Assembly: GCA_040767965.1 (NCBI GenBank) | Contig: JAXGNR010000009.1 | Coordinates: 61,517-125,516 of the forward strand | DNA: 64,000 nt | Reading direction: 5' to 3' | Origin: Atribacterota bacterium | GTDB taxonomy: Bacteria > Atribacterota > Phoenicimicrobiia > Phoenicimicrobiales > Stramentimicrobiaceae | Made by a program: the position numbers and the translations under genes | Shown: positions 1 to 10,900 of the stretch, piece after piece | Numbering within the stretch: position 1 is the stretch's first letter | Layout: the number at the start of each line of letters is the position of its first letter | Notes under the pieces: generated by a model | Seen by the model: the letters and a program-made list of their open reading frames with translations, nothing else | The model's database searches: none | What the model was told of the DNA's origin: nothing

Positions 1-1118
1 ATTTCATCACAAGTATATGGTTTACAAGTGTCTTCAGTGAAATTCTTCACTTCTTTTAAGGCATCTCTTATGGCTATTCTGGCATCTTTTACAGGCATAA
101 TCATCTTTTTCCCGTCGATTTCCTGAACGACTCCAGCTCTTTCGATGGCATCAGCCAGGATAATCATTGCATCATACATCCAGGTAGAAGCACTGACTCT
201 ATAGCCGAACCCATCATTTAATTTTTTATCTACGTATTGGACTACCGGGTTGGGGTCTGCAGGAGACATATCAATTACTGAATAGATTCCTTCAGCATCA
301 TCACCAGCAATTTTTACAGTTATATCCAAACTTCCGTAAGATGCACTTCCGACAAAGTCTACATCAAGACCTAATTGTTTTACTTGTCTTAAGATTATAC
401 CGTCATCTTCAGCATTTGCACTCCAGGAGAATATACATTCAGCGCCACTTTGTTTGATAGCTAAAAGCTGAGCAGTATAATCTAAAGTACCTCTTTGAAA
501 TCTTTGTACGGTTAGTGGTTCTACTCCATATTCCTTCAAAGCTTTTATTGTTTCTTCATTTCCGCCCTGGCCAAAAGCTTCATCACTATGAATACTAGCG
601 ACTTTAGTGTGTCCAAGATCTTCTACTATATATTTTGCCATAATATTTGCCACATTTCTATCATTAGTTCTAAAACCAAACATCCATGGATTGCCAAGTT
701 CCCTCACGGACCATGCAGAACCACCAAAAAGAGCAGGCATTTCTGCTTCAGCTATCAAAGGGTTAAGGGCATGGTTAATGGTACTTTTTACCGTTATAAA
801 GCAGGCAATTACATCGTGATCATATGCTAAAATGTTTGTAGAAGCAATAGCTCCCGGGTTAGTACCCTGGTTATCTTCATAAACTATTTTGACTGGAATT
901 CCGTTAATTCCGCCATTTTCATTGATTTTTTCAACAGCTATTTGCCAGTTTCTTAGTTCGACATCACCTTCTAAAGCTGTAAGCCCGGTGATCATCATAG
1001 ATCCACCGATTTCAATGAATTCTGGTGCTGGTTGCCAATTGATCTCAGCGGTTGATGTGTTGAAAAATACTAGGGTGATTGAAAGTATAAGAAATAGACC
1101 AAAAATAAATTTCTTCAT
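1..1118 (-). CDS. Branched-chain amino acid (LivJ/LivK-type) ABC substrate-binding protein, 3' end outside window
   Basis: Hand translation from the ATG at 1118 (RBS aaggag): signal peptide MKKFIFGLFLILSITLVFF, then AVEKINENGGINGIPVKIVYED and DYTAQLLAIKQSGAE, typical of this family. Absent from the ORF track because it runs off the edge. Confidence 0.85.
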   Translation of the reverse strand, partial: MKKFIFGLFLILSITLVFFNTSTAEINWQPAPEFIEIGGSMMITGLTALEGDVELRNWQIAVEKINENGGINGIPVKIVYEDNQGTNPGAIASTNILAYDHDVIACFITVKSTINHALNPLIAEAEMPALFGGSAWSVRELGNPWMFGFRTNDRNVANIMAKYIVEDLGHTKVASIHSDEAFGQGGNEETIKALKEYGVEPLTVQRFQRGTLDYTAQLLAIKQSGAECIFSWSANAEDDGIILRQVKQLGLDVDFVGSASYGSLDITVKIAGDDAEGIYSVIDMSPADPNPVVQYVDKKLNDGFGYRVSASTWMYDAMIILADAIERAGVVQEIDGKKMIMPVKDARIAIRDALKEVKNFTEDTCKPYTCDE

Positions 1119-1613
1119 TATATTCTCCTTTTAATGTTTACAATTTTAATACTCATTCTTAGAAGATTTTTTGTCTATACAATCACCTCCTTAATACTTT
1201 ACTTTTAGCAGCAATTTTGAGTTGTTTTAAATCTGCTTATGATAATAAAAATATAAAGGTGGTACGACGTAGTGTTGTGATTGTAGCTCAAGTGAAGTTT
1301 ACATAGGTTATTTAAATATATATTCATTTTAGTACATGTTATCGAAAATATCAAGAAAATTTATTTTACAGAAAAAGGAAAAATATTGAAAAAATTATTA
1401 AAATATGAAATAATCAAATAAATAATTATTCTAATGCAATGAATTCACAAGAAATAAAATGGTTAAATAAAAAGTTAAAAGGGGGTGATTTTTATAGTAA
1501 TTTTAATGTCCATTTGAATAATTAATGGACTTTTAAGAAGCTGCTTGAATGTGCATTGTTGTTTAATTAGAAATTCCAGAGATTCTAATTAAATTTTAAT
1601 AAGGAGGTTAACA

Positions 1614-2657
1614 ATGTTATCAATAAGAAAGCAGCAATTTTTAATTTTTGTAATGTTGGTTGTTTCGGTAGTTATTTTTTCTTTCTCCGTTTCCGCACAA
1701 GAAAAGATCATTTGGAGATCTTCAAGTTTTGGTCCTGCATCCAATTATTCTCAAATCCATCACGATAAATGTTGTGAAGCAATTACTCAAGCAAGTGGTG
1801 GAAGAATGGAAGTAAAAGCATTTGTTGGTGGCTCTATTATTCCAGAAACAAAAGAACTAGATGCTGTAATTGAAGGTGTAATCGATTTATGTTACACCTG
1901 CCCGATGTATAATTTAGACAAATGGCCAGCAGCTGGTTTAATTAGTTCACGACCAGGTGGGTTACCAGGTCAATACCTAATACAATGGTTTGATTATGGT
2001 GGCGGGTATGAACTAATGAACAAAATGATGGAAGGATACAATGTTATGGTCATGCCAGGATTCTTGTCCCCTGAACCACCAGAAGTTTTCCTCCATTCAA
2101 AGAAAAAAATTGAAACACCTGATGATTTAAAAGGATTGAAAGTACGTACATCTGGTGATGGTGGAGAAATTCTTGCCAGAATGGGTGTTTCAACTATATT
2201 TTTACCTGGAGGTGAACTATACGAAGCAATGCAGAGAGGTACTATAGATGCTTTTGAATATGCTGGTTTATCAACCAATTGGAGTATGCATTTTGATGAA
2301 ATTGCCGAGTATGTAATTTTGTCACCATTAAGAGCACCCAGCGATCCTCATGTCTGGTTTGTTAATAAGGATTCCTGGGAAGCACTTCCTGATGATCTAA
2401 AAGTGTTAGTTCAGAATGTAATAGCAAGATGGACTCAGGAACAGCAGAATTTTGAAAGCCATTATGATATTGAAGCACTGCAAAATTTTAAGGATGCTGG
2501 ATGTGTAGTATATAACTTACCCAAAGAAGTAGAAGATGCACTTTCAAAAGAAGCTCAGGAATTTTATACTGAAAAAGCTGCTAAAGAGAGTCCCATATTT
2601 GGAGAAATTCTGGATTCTATGAATAATTATGGTAAATTATCTGGACTTTGGGAATAA
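1614..2657 (+). CDS. dctP: TRAP transporter substrate-binding protein
   Basis: Signal peptide, DLKGLKVR and ELYEAMQRGTIDA motifs; followed by small and large permeases. Confidence 0.9.
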   Translation: MLSIRKQQFLIFVMLVVSVVIFSFSVSAQEKIIWRSSSFGPASNYSQIHHDKCCEAITQASGGRMEVKAFVGGSIIPETKELDAVIEGVIDLCYTCPMYNLDKWPAAGLISSRPGGLPGQYLIQWFDYGGGYELMNKMMEGYNVMVMPGFLSPEPPEVFLHSKKKIETPDDLKGLKVRTSGDGGEILARMGVSTIFLPGGELYEAMQRGTIDAFEYAGLSTNWSMHFDEIAEYVILSPLRAPSDPHVWFVNKDSWEALPDDLKVLVQNVIARWTQEQQNFESHYDIEALQNFKDAGCVVYNLPKEVEDALSKEAQEFYTEKAAKESPIFGEILDSMNNYGKLSGLWE

Positions 2658-2680
2658 ATTTCAAATAATTTTAATGTACT

Positions 2681-3226
2681 ATGAATAATCACAGGGAGTT
2701 AACAAGTATGATAACTTTAAAAAAAATAGTTAGAGTTATTGATACATTCAGTAAATATGCCGGCTTATCTGCAAGATGGCTTGCTTGGCTCCTTGTCTTA
2801 GTAGGCGCATATGACACAATCATGAGGCATTTTTTTAATGCGCCTACTATTTGGGCATATGAAACTATGTGTATGGCTGGTGGGGCTCTTTATGCTCTTG
2901 GATGGTCTTACTGCCATTTATATGATTCTCATGTTAGAGTAGATTTATTATACCGCCTGCTTCCTGACAGAAAAAAAGCTTTGATGGATGTGATAAGTTC
3001 TTTAGTATTTTTTTTCCCCTTAATGATAGTACTTGTGCAGGTTTCTACCAAATGGGCAATGAGAGCATGGAGAATCAATGAGATTATGATTTCAACTTAT
3101 TGGTATCCCCCAGCCGGTCCTTTTAGGACAGTGGTTGCTATAGGATCTGTTTTGTTGCTCCTACAAGGTATAGCTAAGCTAATTCGTGACCTATATTTTG
3201 TAATAAGGGGTGAGCCATTTGATTGA
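2681..3226 (+). CDS. dctQ: TRAP transporter small permease (start may be 2708)
   Basis: 4 TM segments, HVRVD motif, operon position. Confidence 0.9.
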   Translation: MNNHRELTSMITLKKIVRVIDTFSKYAGLSARWLAWLLVLVGAYDTIMRHFFNAPTIWAYETMCMAGGALYALGWSYCHLYDSHVRVDLLYRLLPDRKKALMDVISSLVFFFPLMIVLVQVSTKWAMRAWRINEIMISTYWYPPAGPFRTVVAIGSVLLLLQGIAKLIRDLYFVIRGEPFD

Positions 3227-4559
3227 ATTAAGTGAACAGGTTATTACAATTTTGATGTTAGGGGGAGTTCTTACCCTTGTTATGACTGGCTTTCCAATTG
3301 CTTTTGTTATAGCCAGCATAGCGCTTTTTATGGGAATATTCTTATTTGGAGGAGAAATAACATATCATATTTTATATAGCAGACTTTATAGCATGTTGTT
3401 AAGTTATCCATTTCTTGCTGTTCCTCTTTTTACTTTTATGGGTGTTATTCTTCAAATGTCTGGAATTGTTGAAGAGTTGTATACAGTACTATATGAAAGC
3501 ATGAGTGGATTTAGAGGGGGTTTAGCAATTGTAACAATAATATTTGGAACTATATTAGCAGCATGTTTAGGTGTAATAACCGCTTCTGTTACCATGTTGA
3601 CATTAATCGCTCTTGCACCTATGGTAACTAGAGGGTACAGCAAATCCCTTGCTTCAGGTTCAGTTGTTGCTGCTGGTACCCTTGGCATATTAATTCCTCC
3701 CAGTATTATGTTAGTTGTGTATGCACCTCAAGCTGGTCTTTCTATCGGACAAATGTTTATGGCTGCTTTTACTCCAGGATTAATTCTTTCAGCTTCCTAT
3801 ATAGCTTATGTTGGGATTCGATGTTATTTAAATCCTAAATTAGGACCCCCGGTATCAGAAGAGAAAAAATCAAAATTACCTTTTGTGGCTAAATTAATAA
3901 AGCTATTGAAATCATTGCTTCCTCCTGTATTTATTATTCTAGCTGTTTTAGGGACTATATTTTTGGGAATAGCTCCTCCAACAGAAGCAGCAGCGATGGG
4001 AAGTCTGGCCGCTGTTTTATTAGCAGTAGTGTATCGAAAAATGACCTGGGATATTGCTAAGCGAGCAGCAATTGAAACACTTCGAGTCAGTTCTTTTGTA
4101 CTTTTAATTGCAGGAATCTGTTATGCTTATGTTGGTGTTTTTATGAATGCCGGAGGCGGAAATGTTGTAAAGGAAGCAATTTTGTCTGTTCCTGGTGGGA
4201 AATGGGGTTCATTTTTTGTAATTATGTTAATCGTATTTTTACTGGGAATGTTCATTGAATGGATCGGTATCGTTTTTATTATTGTACCGATTTTGACACC
4301 TGTTATAACAGCTTTAGGTTTTGACCCACTTTGGGCTGGCATGATGGTTTGTATTAATTTACAGATGGCCTTTCAAACACCCCCTATGGCTATGTCGGTT
4401 TTTGTCTGTCAAGGGACTGCCCCTCCAGAGCTTGGTGTTACATTGCAGGACATTATAAAAGGGGTAATTCCTTTTATTGCAATTATTGCTTTTTGGTTGT
4501 TTATGTTTAGCATTTATCCTCAATTAATAACCTGGTTGCCAAATCTAATGATGAAATAA
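3210..4559 (+). CDS. dctM: TRAP transporter large permease
   Basis: GTLGILIPPS, PTEAAA and TPP motifs; about 12 TM. Confidence 0.92.
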   Translation: MSHLIELSEQVITILMLGGVLTLVMTGFPIAFVIASIALFMGIFLFGGEITYHILYSRLYSMLLSYPFLAVPLFTFMGVILQMSGIVEELYTVLYESMSGFRGGLAIVTIIFGTILAACLGVITASVTMLTLIALAPMVTRGYSKSLASGSVVAAGTLGILIPPSIMLVVYAPQAGLSIGQMFMAAFTPGLILSASYIAYVGIRCYLNPKLGPPVSEEKKSKLPFVAKLIKLLKSLLPPVFIILAVLGTIFLGIAPPTEAAAMGSLAAVLLAVVYRKMTWDIAKRAAIETLRVSSFVLLIAGICYAYVGVFMNAGGGNVVKEAILSVPGGKWGSFFVIMLIVFLLGMFIEWIGIVFIIVPILTPVITALGFDPLWAGMMVCINLQMAFQTPPMAMSVFVCQGTAPPELGVTLQDIIKGVIPFIAIIAFWLFMFSIYPQLITWLPNLMMK

Positions 4560-4575
4560 TGTTATATTAGAAAGT

Positions 4576-4635
4576 AAGATAATAGTTTTAGTTGCAGCTG
4601 CATATTTTTTAAAATGCAACTAAAACTATTATCTT
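4576..4635. terminator. Long inverted repeat / intrinsic terminator after dctM
   Basis: aagataatagttttagttgca ... tgcaactaaaactattatctt, 21-bp arms. Confidence 0.7.
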
Positions 4636-4882
4636 TAAAAATAATTTTCCAGTATTTTATTTTTTCAGCCTCTACAATATTTTCACTACAATAAATTTCC
4701 TCCAAGACCTTTGATAATTAAATAATATTTCTTTATTTAAGATACAATCTTTACCAGTTTTATTTTTGTAACTAATCTCAAGATCAAAATTTAACAAATA
4801 TTTTTATTGAAATTTGAAAGAAAAAATTCCTCTTTTGCGTATTATCAGAAGAAGCAAATAAACCAATTGGAGGAAATTAATT

Positions 4883-5587
4883 ATGAAAATCAGGACAAAT
4901 GTTATAATCAAATCTTTAATATCTATCATGATGACTTTACTAATAACATTACTTTTAGTTTCTCATGCATCAGCACAAAGGGGTAATAATAATTTTGATA
5001 GAGGAATAAATATTGCTATTAACAATACAGATGCCGGAACCTTAAATCAAGCAGAAATTGAAGGATTGCTGTTGATGAGAGAAGAGGAAAAATTAGCCAG
5101 AGATGTGTATACAGCATTATATGAAATTTGGAATCTGAGAGTATTTGAGTCTATTGGACAGGGAAGCGAAACAACCCATATGGATGCAATGAAGGCTCTT
5201 TTAGACCGTTATGGCTTGGAAGATCCAGTAAGGGATGATATTCCCGGTGTTTTTCAAAATGAAGAATTACAAAAAGCTTATGATGAATTAATTCAAAAAG
5301 GAAGCCAATCAATGCAGGATGCCCTGTTGGTTGGTGCTTATATTGAAGATCTGGATATCTATGATTTACAAAGATTAATTCAAGAAACAGATAACGATGA
5401 TATCAAGATTACTTACCAAAATTTATTAAAAGGTTCACGTAATCATCTTAGGGCTTTTGACAGACAATTACAACGATACAATATCTCCTATGAAGCACAG
5501 TTCCTAAGTCAAGGAGAATATGACCGGATTGCAGCGAGCAGACAGGAAGCAGGAGGAGCCATCACTGATCCTGATTATATTTTTTAG
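4883..5587 (+). CDS. Secreted DUF2202 ferritin-like protein
   Basis: MREEEKLARDVY, IEDLDI and GSRNHLRAF motifs; signal peptide. Confidence 0.85.
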   Translation: MKIRTNVIIKSLISIMMTLLITLLLVSHASAQRGNNNFDRGINIAINNTDAGTLNQAEIEGLLLMREEEKLARDVYTALYEIWNLRVFESIGQGSETTHMDAMKALLDRYGLEDPVRDDIPGVFQNEELQKAYDELIQKGSQSMQDALLVGAYIEDLDIYDLQRLIQETDNDDIKITYQNLLKGSRNHLRAFDRQLQRYNISYEAQFLSQGEYDRIAASRQEAGGAITDPDYIF

Positions 5588-5620
5588 TGACTTTTCTTAA
5601 AACTTGAAGAAATTAATTGC

Positions 5621-5650
5621 AAAGCTACCTGAAATTCAGGTAGCTTTTTT
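5621..5650 (+). terminator. Intrinsic terminator
   Basis: aaagctacctg-aaatt-caggtagcttt followed by a T tract. Confidence 0.8.
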
Positions 5651-5753
5651 GTTGCATGTGACAGATATGTAAAAGATGATTATAATGTTATTAATTTTCA
5701 ATACAACAGCTGATTCTTTATAAACTGATAAATATAGGAAGGAATATTCTTAT

Positions 5754-5927
5754 ATGAAATATATTTGTCCTTTAATTGTGGTAGAAGACGTAAACCGCTC
5801 CAGGTTTTTATATGAAAAAATATTAAGACAGAAGGTAAAAGCAGATTATGGGGAAAATGTAGTTATCGAAGGGGATATTCGTTCAACCTGGTGTCAATTA
5901 TTTAAAAAAAGAAGATCTAAATTTTAA
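5754..5927 (+). pseudogene. Truncated glyoxalase/VOC-family gene remnant (57 codons)
   Basis: RBS ggaagga; MKYICPLIVVEDVNRSRFLYEKILRQKVKADYGENVVIEG resembles the N-terminus of VOC proteins, then the sequence loses similarity. Confidence 0.6.
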
Positions 5928-5935
5928 AAATTATT

Positions 5936-6802
5936 ATGATAGATAAAAAATATACAGAAATAGATTGTAAAACAGCATTAAACCGACTTAAAAGGAGAAT
6001 GCCTTACAGGTGGGATTTGAATATTTATCGTGGTTGTGAACACGGTTGCAAATATTGTTATGCAATTTACTCTCACGATTATCTTGGTTTGAAGAGCTAT
6101 TCTAAAGATATATTTATAAAAACAAATATTATTGATAATTTGGAAAAAGAACTAAGCGACCCGGGATGGAAGAGAGAAATAATAAATATCGGGGGAGTGA
6201 CAGACAGCTACCAGCCAGCAGAAGAACATTATAAGCTAATGCCTGAAATACTAAAGCTTCTTATCAAATATAAAACTCCAGCCATTATTTCCACTAAATC
6301 AGATTTGATTTTAAGAGATTTTGATTTAATAGATAAATTATCAAAATTAACATATATTAATATAGCCAGCACAATAACCACAACTGATGAAAAGATAAGA
6401 AAATTAATTGAACCTGGAGGAGTAGATTCAAAAAGACGTTTTGAAATGCTTAAATTATTCCGAAAAACAAATGCTTCAGTAGGCCTGCATGTGATGCCTA
6501 TAATTCCATATCTTACAGACAATTTTAAAAATATTAACACACTCTTTTGTATGGCAAAAAATAGTGATGTTCACTATGTTTTAACAGGAACACTCTACTT
6601 AAGAGGTAAAACAAGAATCATATTTTTTGATTTTATAAAAGAAAAATTCCCGGATTTTTATCAGAAAATAAATACTCTATATAAGACTGGAGGAGCAGGC
6701 AAGGAGTATAAAGACTCTCTATATAAAGCTGTCAATAAACTAAGAGAAAAATATTCTCTTTCTGGTAGTTATTCAATTATTATGAAGGAAAAGTTAAAAT
6801 AA
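5936..6802 (+). CDS. Radical SAM protein (SplB/Rv2578c-like)
   Basis: NIYRGCEHGCKYCYA CxxxCxxC motif, TDSYQPAE, STKSDLILRD. Confidence 0.88.
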   Translation: MIDKKYTEIDCKTALNRLKRRMPYRWDLNIYRGCEHGCKYCYAIYSHDYLGLKSYSKDIFIKTNIIDNLEKELSDPGWKREIINIGGVTDSYQPAEEHYKLMPEILKLLIKYKTPAIISTKSDLILRDFDLIDKLSKLTYINIASTITTTDEKIRKLIEPGGVDSKRRFEMLKLFRKTNASVGLHVMPIIPYLTDNFKNINTLFCMAKNSDVHYVLTGTLYLRGKTRIIFFDFIKEKFPDFYQKINTLYKTGGAGKEYKDSLYKAVNKLREKYSLSGSYSIIMKEKLK

Positions 6803-6859
6803 AATTGTTTGATAAATTTTTAGATAATTAAAAATAGAAATAGTTTGGAGGTTAAAATA

Positions 6860-7183
6860 ATGATTTCAAAAAGAATGAAGATATGCATATCCATGGGGAT
6901 CATTTTGGGATTATTGTGCATTATTGGAGCCTTAATCAGATCCGGATTTAAAGCTGACACTATTTATTTGTTTTCTTTATGGTATAATCGCCTCCTAATG
7001 GGAATCATGATTGGGTTGGCCTCTTATACTAATAATTTACCCAAGTTGCTTATTCGAGGGACTGTATTGGGTTTTCTTGTTTCTTTTGCATTTTACAGTG
7101 CAATTGGATTTCATGATGTTATAAGCTTCCTGGCTGGGATTGTTTACGGGGTAATTATTGAGGCAATAGCTTATAAATACTGA
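6860..7183 (+). CDS. Small membrane protein (about 4 TM), hypothetical
   Basis: RBS ggagg before ATG 6860; hydrophobic segments. Confidence 0.7.
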   Translation: MISKRMKICISMGIILGLLCIIGALIRSGFKADTIYLFSLWYNRLLMGIMIGLASYTNNLPKLLIRGTVLGFLVSFAFYSAIGFHDVISFLAGIVYGVIIEAIAYKY

Positions 7184-7452
7184 TAATAAATAAATATTTA
7201 GTGTGTCTTAATATATGTTCAAAAAATACCACAAAATATATAAAAAATAATAAAGTCATTAATGGCTCTTAATAGCAGATAGCAGATTATTCATGGTAAT
7301 TATTTAGATATTTTATTAAAGACAGTTAATTAATTAAAATAAGAGGCTAAAAAATTTCAGGGCTGCAAAGAATAGATAGATTAAACCTTTTAACATTTTA
7401 TATAATAAATGTATCAAAATAGAATAAAGTTAAAAAGGAAATAGAAAAATAG

Positions 7453-8220
7453 ATGAGTAAAAAACAATGGTATGAAAAATTATTTGAGAATTATGCGGAA
7501 AAATATGATAAAGAGAGCTTCACTCAGGGGACAACAGGCGAATGTGATTTTATCGAGCAGGAGTTAGGGTATAATAAATCTTTAAAAATATTAGATGTAG
7601 GATGTGGAACCGGCAGACACACAATTGAGTTAGTGAAAAGAGGTTATAATATTACAGGGATAGACTTATCCGAATCACAGTTAAAAAGGGCAAGAGAAAA
7701 AGCAGAGAAAAATGGTCTTATGATTAATTTTCAGCAGCAGGATGCCAGGGATCTTTATTTAGATACCTGCTTTGACGTGGCAATCATGCTCTGCGAGGGT
7801 GGATTTCCACTGATGGAAACAGATGAGATGAATTATGAAATACTCCAGAATGTTACCAGGGTATTGAAAAGTAAAGCTAAATTTATTTTTACCACATTAA
7901 ATGGATTATTCCCTTTATTTAATTCGCCGGAGAAATTTTGTGCATCCTTAGCTGAGGAGGGAAATGCTACTTATCATGACAATACTTTTGACTTAATGAC
8001 TTTTCGAGATCATACTATTATCGAAATCGAAGATGATGATGGTCATAAGAAAACTATTGAAAGCAATGAAAGATATTATATTCCAAGTGAAATTGTCTGG
8101 CTGTTAAAATCTCTTGGCTATCAGAAAATTGATATTTTTGGGGCAAAATTAGGTGCTTATTCGCGAAATGATAAATTAACTGCAGAAGATTTTGAAATGC
8201 TGGTCATCGCTGAGAAGTGA
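7453..8220 (+). CDS. Class I SAM-dependent methyltransferase
   Basis: ILDVGCGTGRH and GIDLS motifs. Confidence 0.9.
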   Translation: MSKKQWYEKLFENYAEKYDKESFTQGTTGECDFIEQELGYNKSLKILDVGCGTGRHTIELVKRGYNITGIDLSESQLKRAREKAEKNGLMINFQQQDARDLYLDTCFDVAIMLCEGGFPLMETDEMNYEILQNVTRVLKSKAKFIFTTLNGLFPLFNSPEKFCASLAEEGNATYHDNTFDLMTFRDHTIIEIEDDDGHKKTIESNERYYIPSEIVWLLKSLGYQKIDIFGAKLGAYSRNDKLTAEDFEMLVIAEK

Positions 8221-8526
8221 ATAGTAGTGAAAATATAACAAAATAATGTTATCCAAAGATCTAGAACTAATATTAAAAATATAAAATAATTTAAAAATAA
8301 AGCACAGATACAGATTTAGTGTTTTAAATCAGAAATTTCTAACTGAGACAATAATATTTACCCTTAATTTTTTTATAAAATTGTTTAAAGTTTAAAGAAT
8401 TAATTTTTTAAGTAGCATATTTTTAATAATAAAGTATAATAGAAAAAATTATTATTTTTAATTTATCTTAAAATGATATGAAAGGAAATTCTTGTAAATC
8501 ATGTTTTGTAAGAATGATCAATACTA

Positions 8527-9666
8527 GTGCAAGTTCGTGAATTAGAAAAGAATAAAAAAGACCTGGTTCCTTTTATCAATTTTGCCTGGGAAATATATAA
8601 AAATGACCCTCACTGGGTTGCACCGTTAAAGAATGATTTATTGAAATTGTTTCTTGGACAGGATTCTAGCAGAAAAATCCATTGTGGTCCTCATTCTTTT
8701 TTCATGGTTTGGGAAAATAATCTTCCATTAGGCCGCATTCTGGTGGGCATTAATCAGAAAAAAAACTCCAGAGGAAACCGAAAAACAGGATATTTTGGTT
8801 ACCTGGAGATGGTTAACTCATTTGAAGTTTTGAAAATTCTAATGGATTCTGCAATTGTCTGGCTTCAAAAACATGATATCAAAACAATTATTGGTCCACT
8901 CTGCCCGGATGATGATGTGGAAGGCAGAGGTTTGTTGATAAAAGGCTTTGATAGTCCTCCGGTTTTAATGAATTCCTATAACCCGACTTATTATCAAAAG
9001 CTTATAGAAGAGTATGGATTTATTAAGGATACTGATTTTTATGCCTATTATTCAAATAATATCCCAACGCTGAAAGCAAGAGTAGAAAAAGTATCTGCTT
9101 TTGCGATGAAGAAATATAATTTTACAATTGAAAAAATTAATTTAGATTTGTTAGACCGAGAGATAAAAGATATTGTGGAAGTCATTAATAAAATTATTAG
9201 CGATAGCAAGGAGGAAGAAAACGGATTTGAGTATGCTAATCCACCAACTCATGAAGAATTTGCTTTAGAGGTAAAGAAATATATTCCATTTATCGATCGA
9301 GACTTGATTTATATAGCTCGTTCAGAAGATAAGCCCATTGGTTTTGTTTTTGCCTTTCCTGACTATAATCAGGTATTGAAAAGAATGAATGGCAGTTTAT
9401 TCCCCTTGGGGATAATGAAATACTTATGGTATAAAAGAAAGATTAAAGGAATGAGGGGACTGGCTCAGTTTGTTATTCCGGAATTTCGCAATAAGGCTGT
9501 CAGTGCTGCTATTTTTCAGCAAATATTAGAAGCAGCAGAGCGTAAAAAATATGAATATATTGAAGGCTCATTAATTAGCGAAAACAACCTTCGTTCTCGC
9601 AGGGTTATGGAAAATGCCGGTCTTCTACCTTATAAAATCTATCGCGTCTATCAAAAGGATTATTAA
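8527..9666 (+). CDS. GNAT-fold N-acetyltransferase (YghO-like)
   Basis: IYKNDPHWVAPL, GLLIKGFD..YNPTYY, PDYNQ, final YRVY. Confidence 0.8.
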   Translation: MQVRELEKNKKDLVPFINFAWEIYKNDPHWVAPLKNDLLKLFLGQDSSRKIHCGPHSFFMVWENNLPLGRILVGINQKKNSRGNRKTGYFGYLEMVNSFEVLKILMDSAIVWLQKHDIKTIIGPLCPDDDVEGRGLLIKGFDSPPVLMNSYNPTYYQKLIEEYGFIKDTDFYAYYSNNIPTLKARVEKVSAFAMKKYNFTIEKINLDLLDREIKDIVEVINKIISDSKEEENGFEYANPPTHEEFALEVKKYIPFIDRDLIYIARSEDKPIGFVFAFPDYNQVLKRMNGSLFPLGIMKYLWYKRKIKGMRGLAQFVIPEFRNKAVSAAIFQQILEAAERKKYEYIEGSLISENNLRSRRVMENAGLLPYKIYRVYQKDY

Positions 9667-10025
9667 ATTAAAATTACTTTGGATATTTTTTTCTTTTCAT
9701 TTCAACTCTAAAGACATGATTTCTAAAATAATTCCAGGTTTGAAAATAAAAACTATCTATATAACAAAAATAATTTTACTAAAAGAAAGACTTTTTAAAA
9801 AAATTATAATAAAATAAAAATAAGCTAATCGAAAATATCTTCAAAAAACTTCCAGAGTATGAACAAAGATAATTCAACAATATCAATGAAAAGATTGAGT
9901 AAGAATAAAAAGGAATATTATATATATATTTTTATGAAAGAGAGGAGGTTAATTTATTCAAAATTTCTCATTATTTTTTATAAACAAGGTAATGTATTTT
10001 AAAAAATAATCTTTGGAGGTTAAAA

Positions 10026-10881
10026 ATGAAATATTTAAGGTTATTTCTATCTTTTATTATTTTTTTTCTGATTATATCAACTATATCTGCTTTTGCTGCT
10101 GATATTCCTGAACATTCATTTTATTCGCCCCTTCCTGGATCAGTGTGCTGAAAAATATGTCAAAATATACTAACTTTGATTCATACAAATTTTATGTCAC
10201 AAATGAAGAAACCCAAAAGAGAGAAGAAGAGGTTAAGGGGGGTAAAAAATGGCAACTGTTTATGAAGTTCGCACACCTTCCGGAGATAGAGTCAGGTGGG
10301 ATATCTAAATTAGAGTTTTTTGAAAATTAAAGCTGCAGCCCTTGAGAGAGGGCGGCAAGGTCGTCTTTGAGGACCAGGGACAGATGGTTCTGACCATACC
10401 CAGGGAAGATGGAGGAATTACCTGGTGCCGGGTTAGCGGCAATGCGGGATTAGGCCAGCAGGACTTAGTTGTTATAGATGAAGAAGGTTTTAAAAAATCC
10501 CTTACCTTTGGTCCTGCTGAATTAAAAGAAGCATTGGACAGTGAAGGAAGAATAATACTCTATGATATTCTGTTTGACTATGACAAGGATACCTTGAAAC
10601 AGGAATCTGATAAACAGTTGCAACATATCGTTACATTACTATTGCAAAATCCTGAATTAAAGGTTGAGATACAGGGTCATACTGATGACGAAGGAGAAGA
10701 AGGATATAATTTAACCCTATCAGATAAAAGGGCAAATACTGTGCTCCAATATCTACAATTATTCGGAATTGGTTCAGAAAGACTTCTATCCAAAGGATAT
10801 GGTGAATCCCAGCCGGTTGCTACCAATGACACTGAAGAGGGCAGGGCAAAGAATCGTCGGGTAGAATTGGTCAAGATGTAA
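10026..10881 (+). pseudogene. OmpA-family protein, frameshifted in its 5' third
   Basis: RBS ggagg, ATG 10026 and signal peptide; reading frame broken several times over 10120-10350; intact C-terminal OmpA domain (FDYDK, GHTD, NLTLSDKRA, NRRVE). Confidence 0.75.
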
Positions 10882-10900
10882 ATTAACATAAGCCTCTCAT

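Noticed and set aside
588-1134. Plus-strand ORFs 588-830, 607-819 and 889-1134
   Set aside because: Antisense shadows of the minus-strand binding-protein gene
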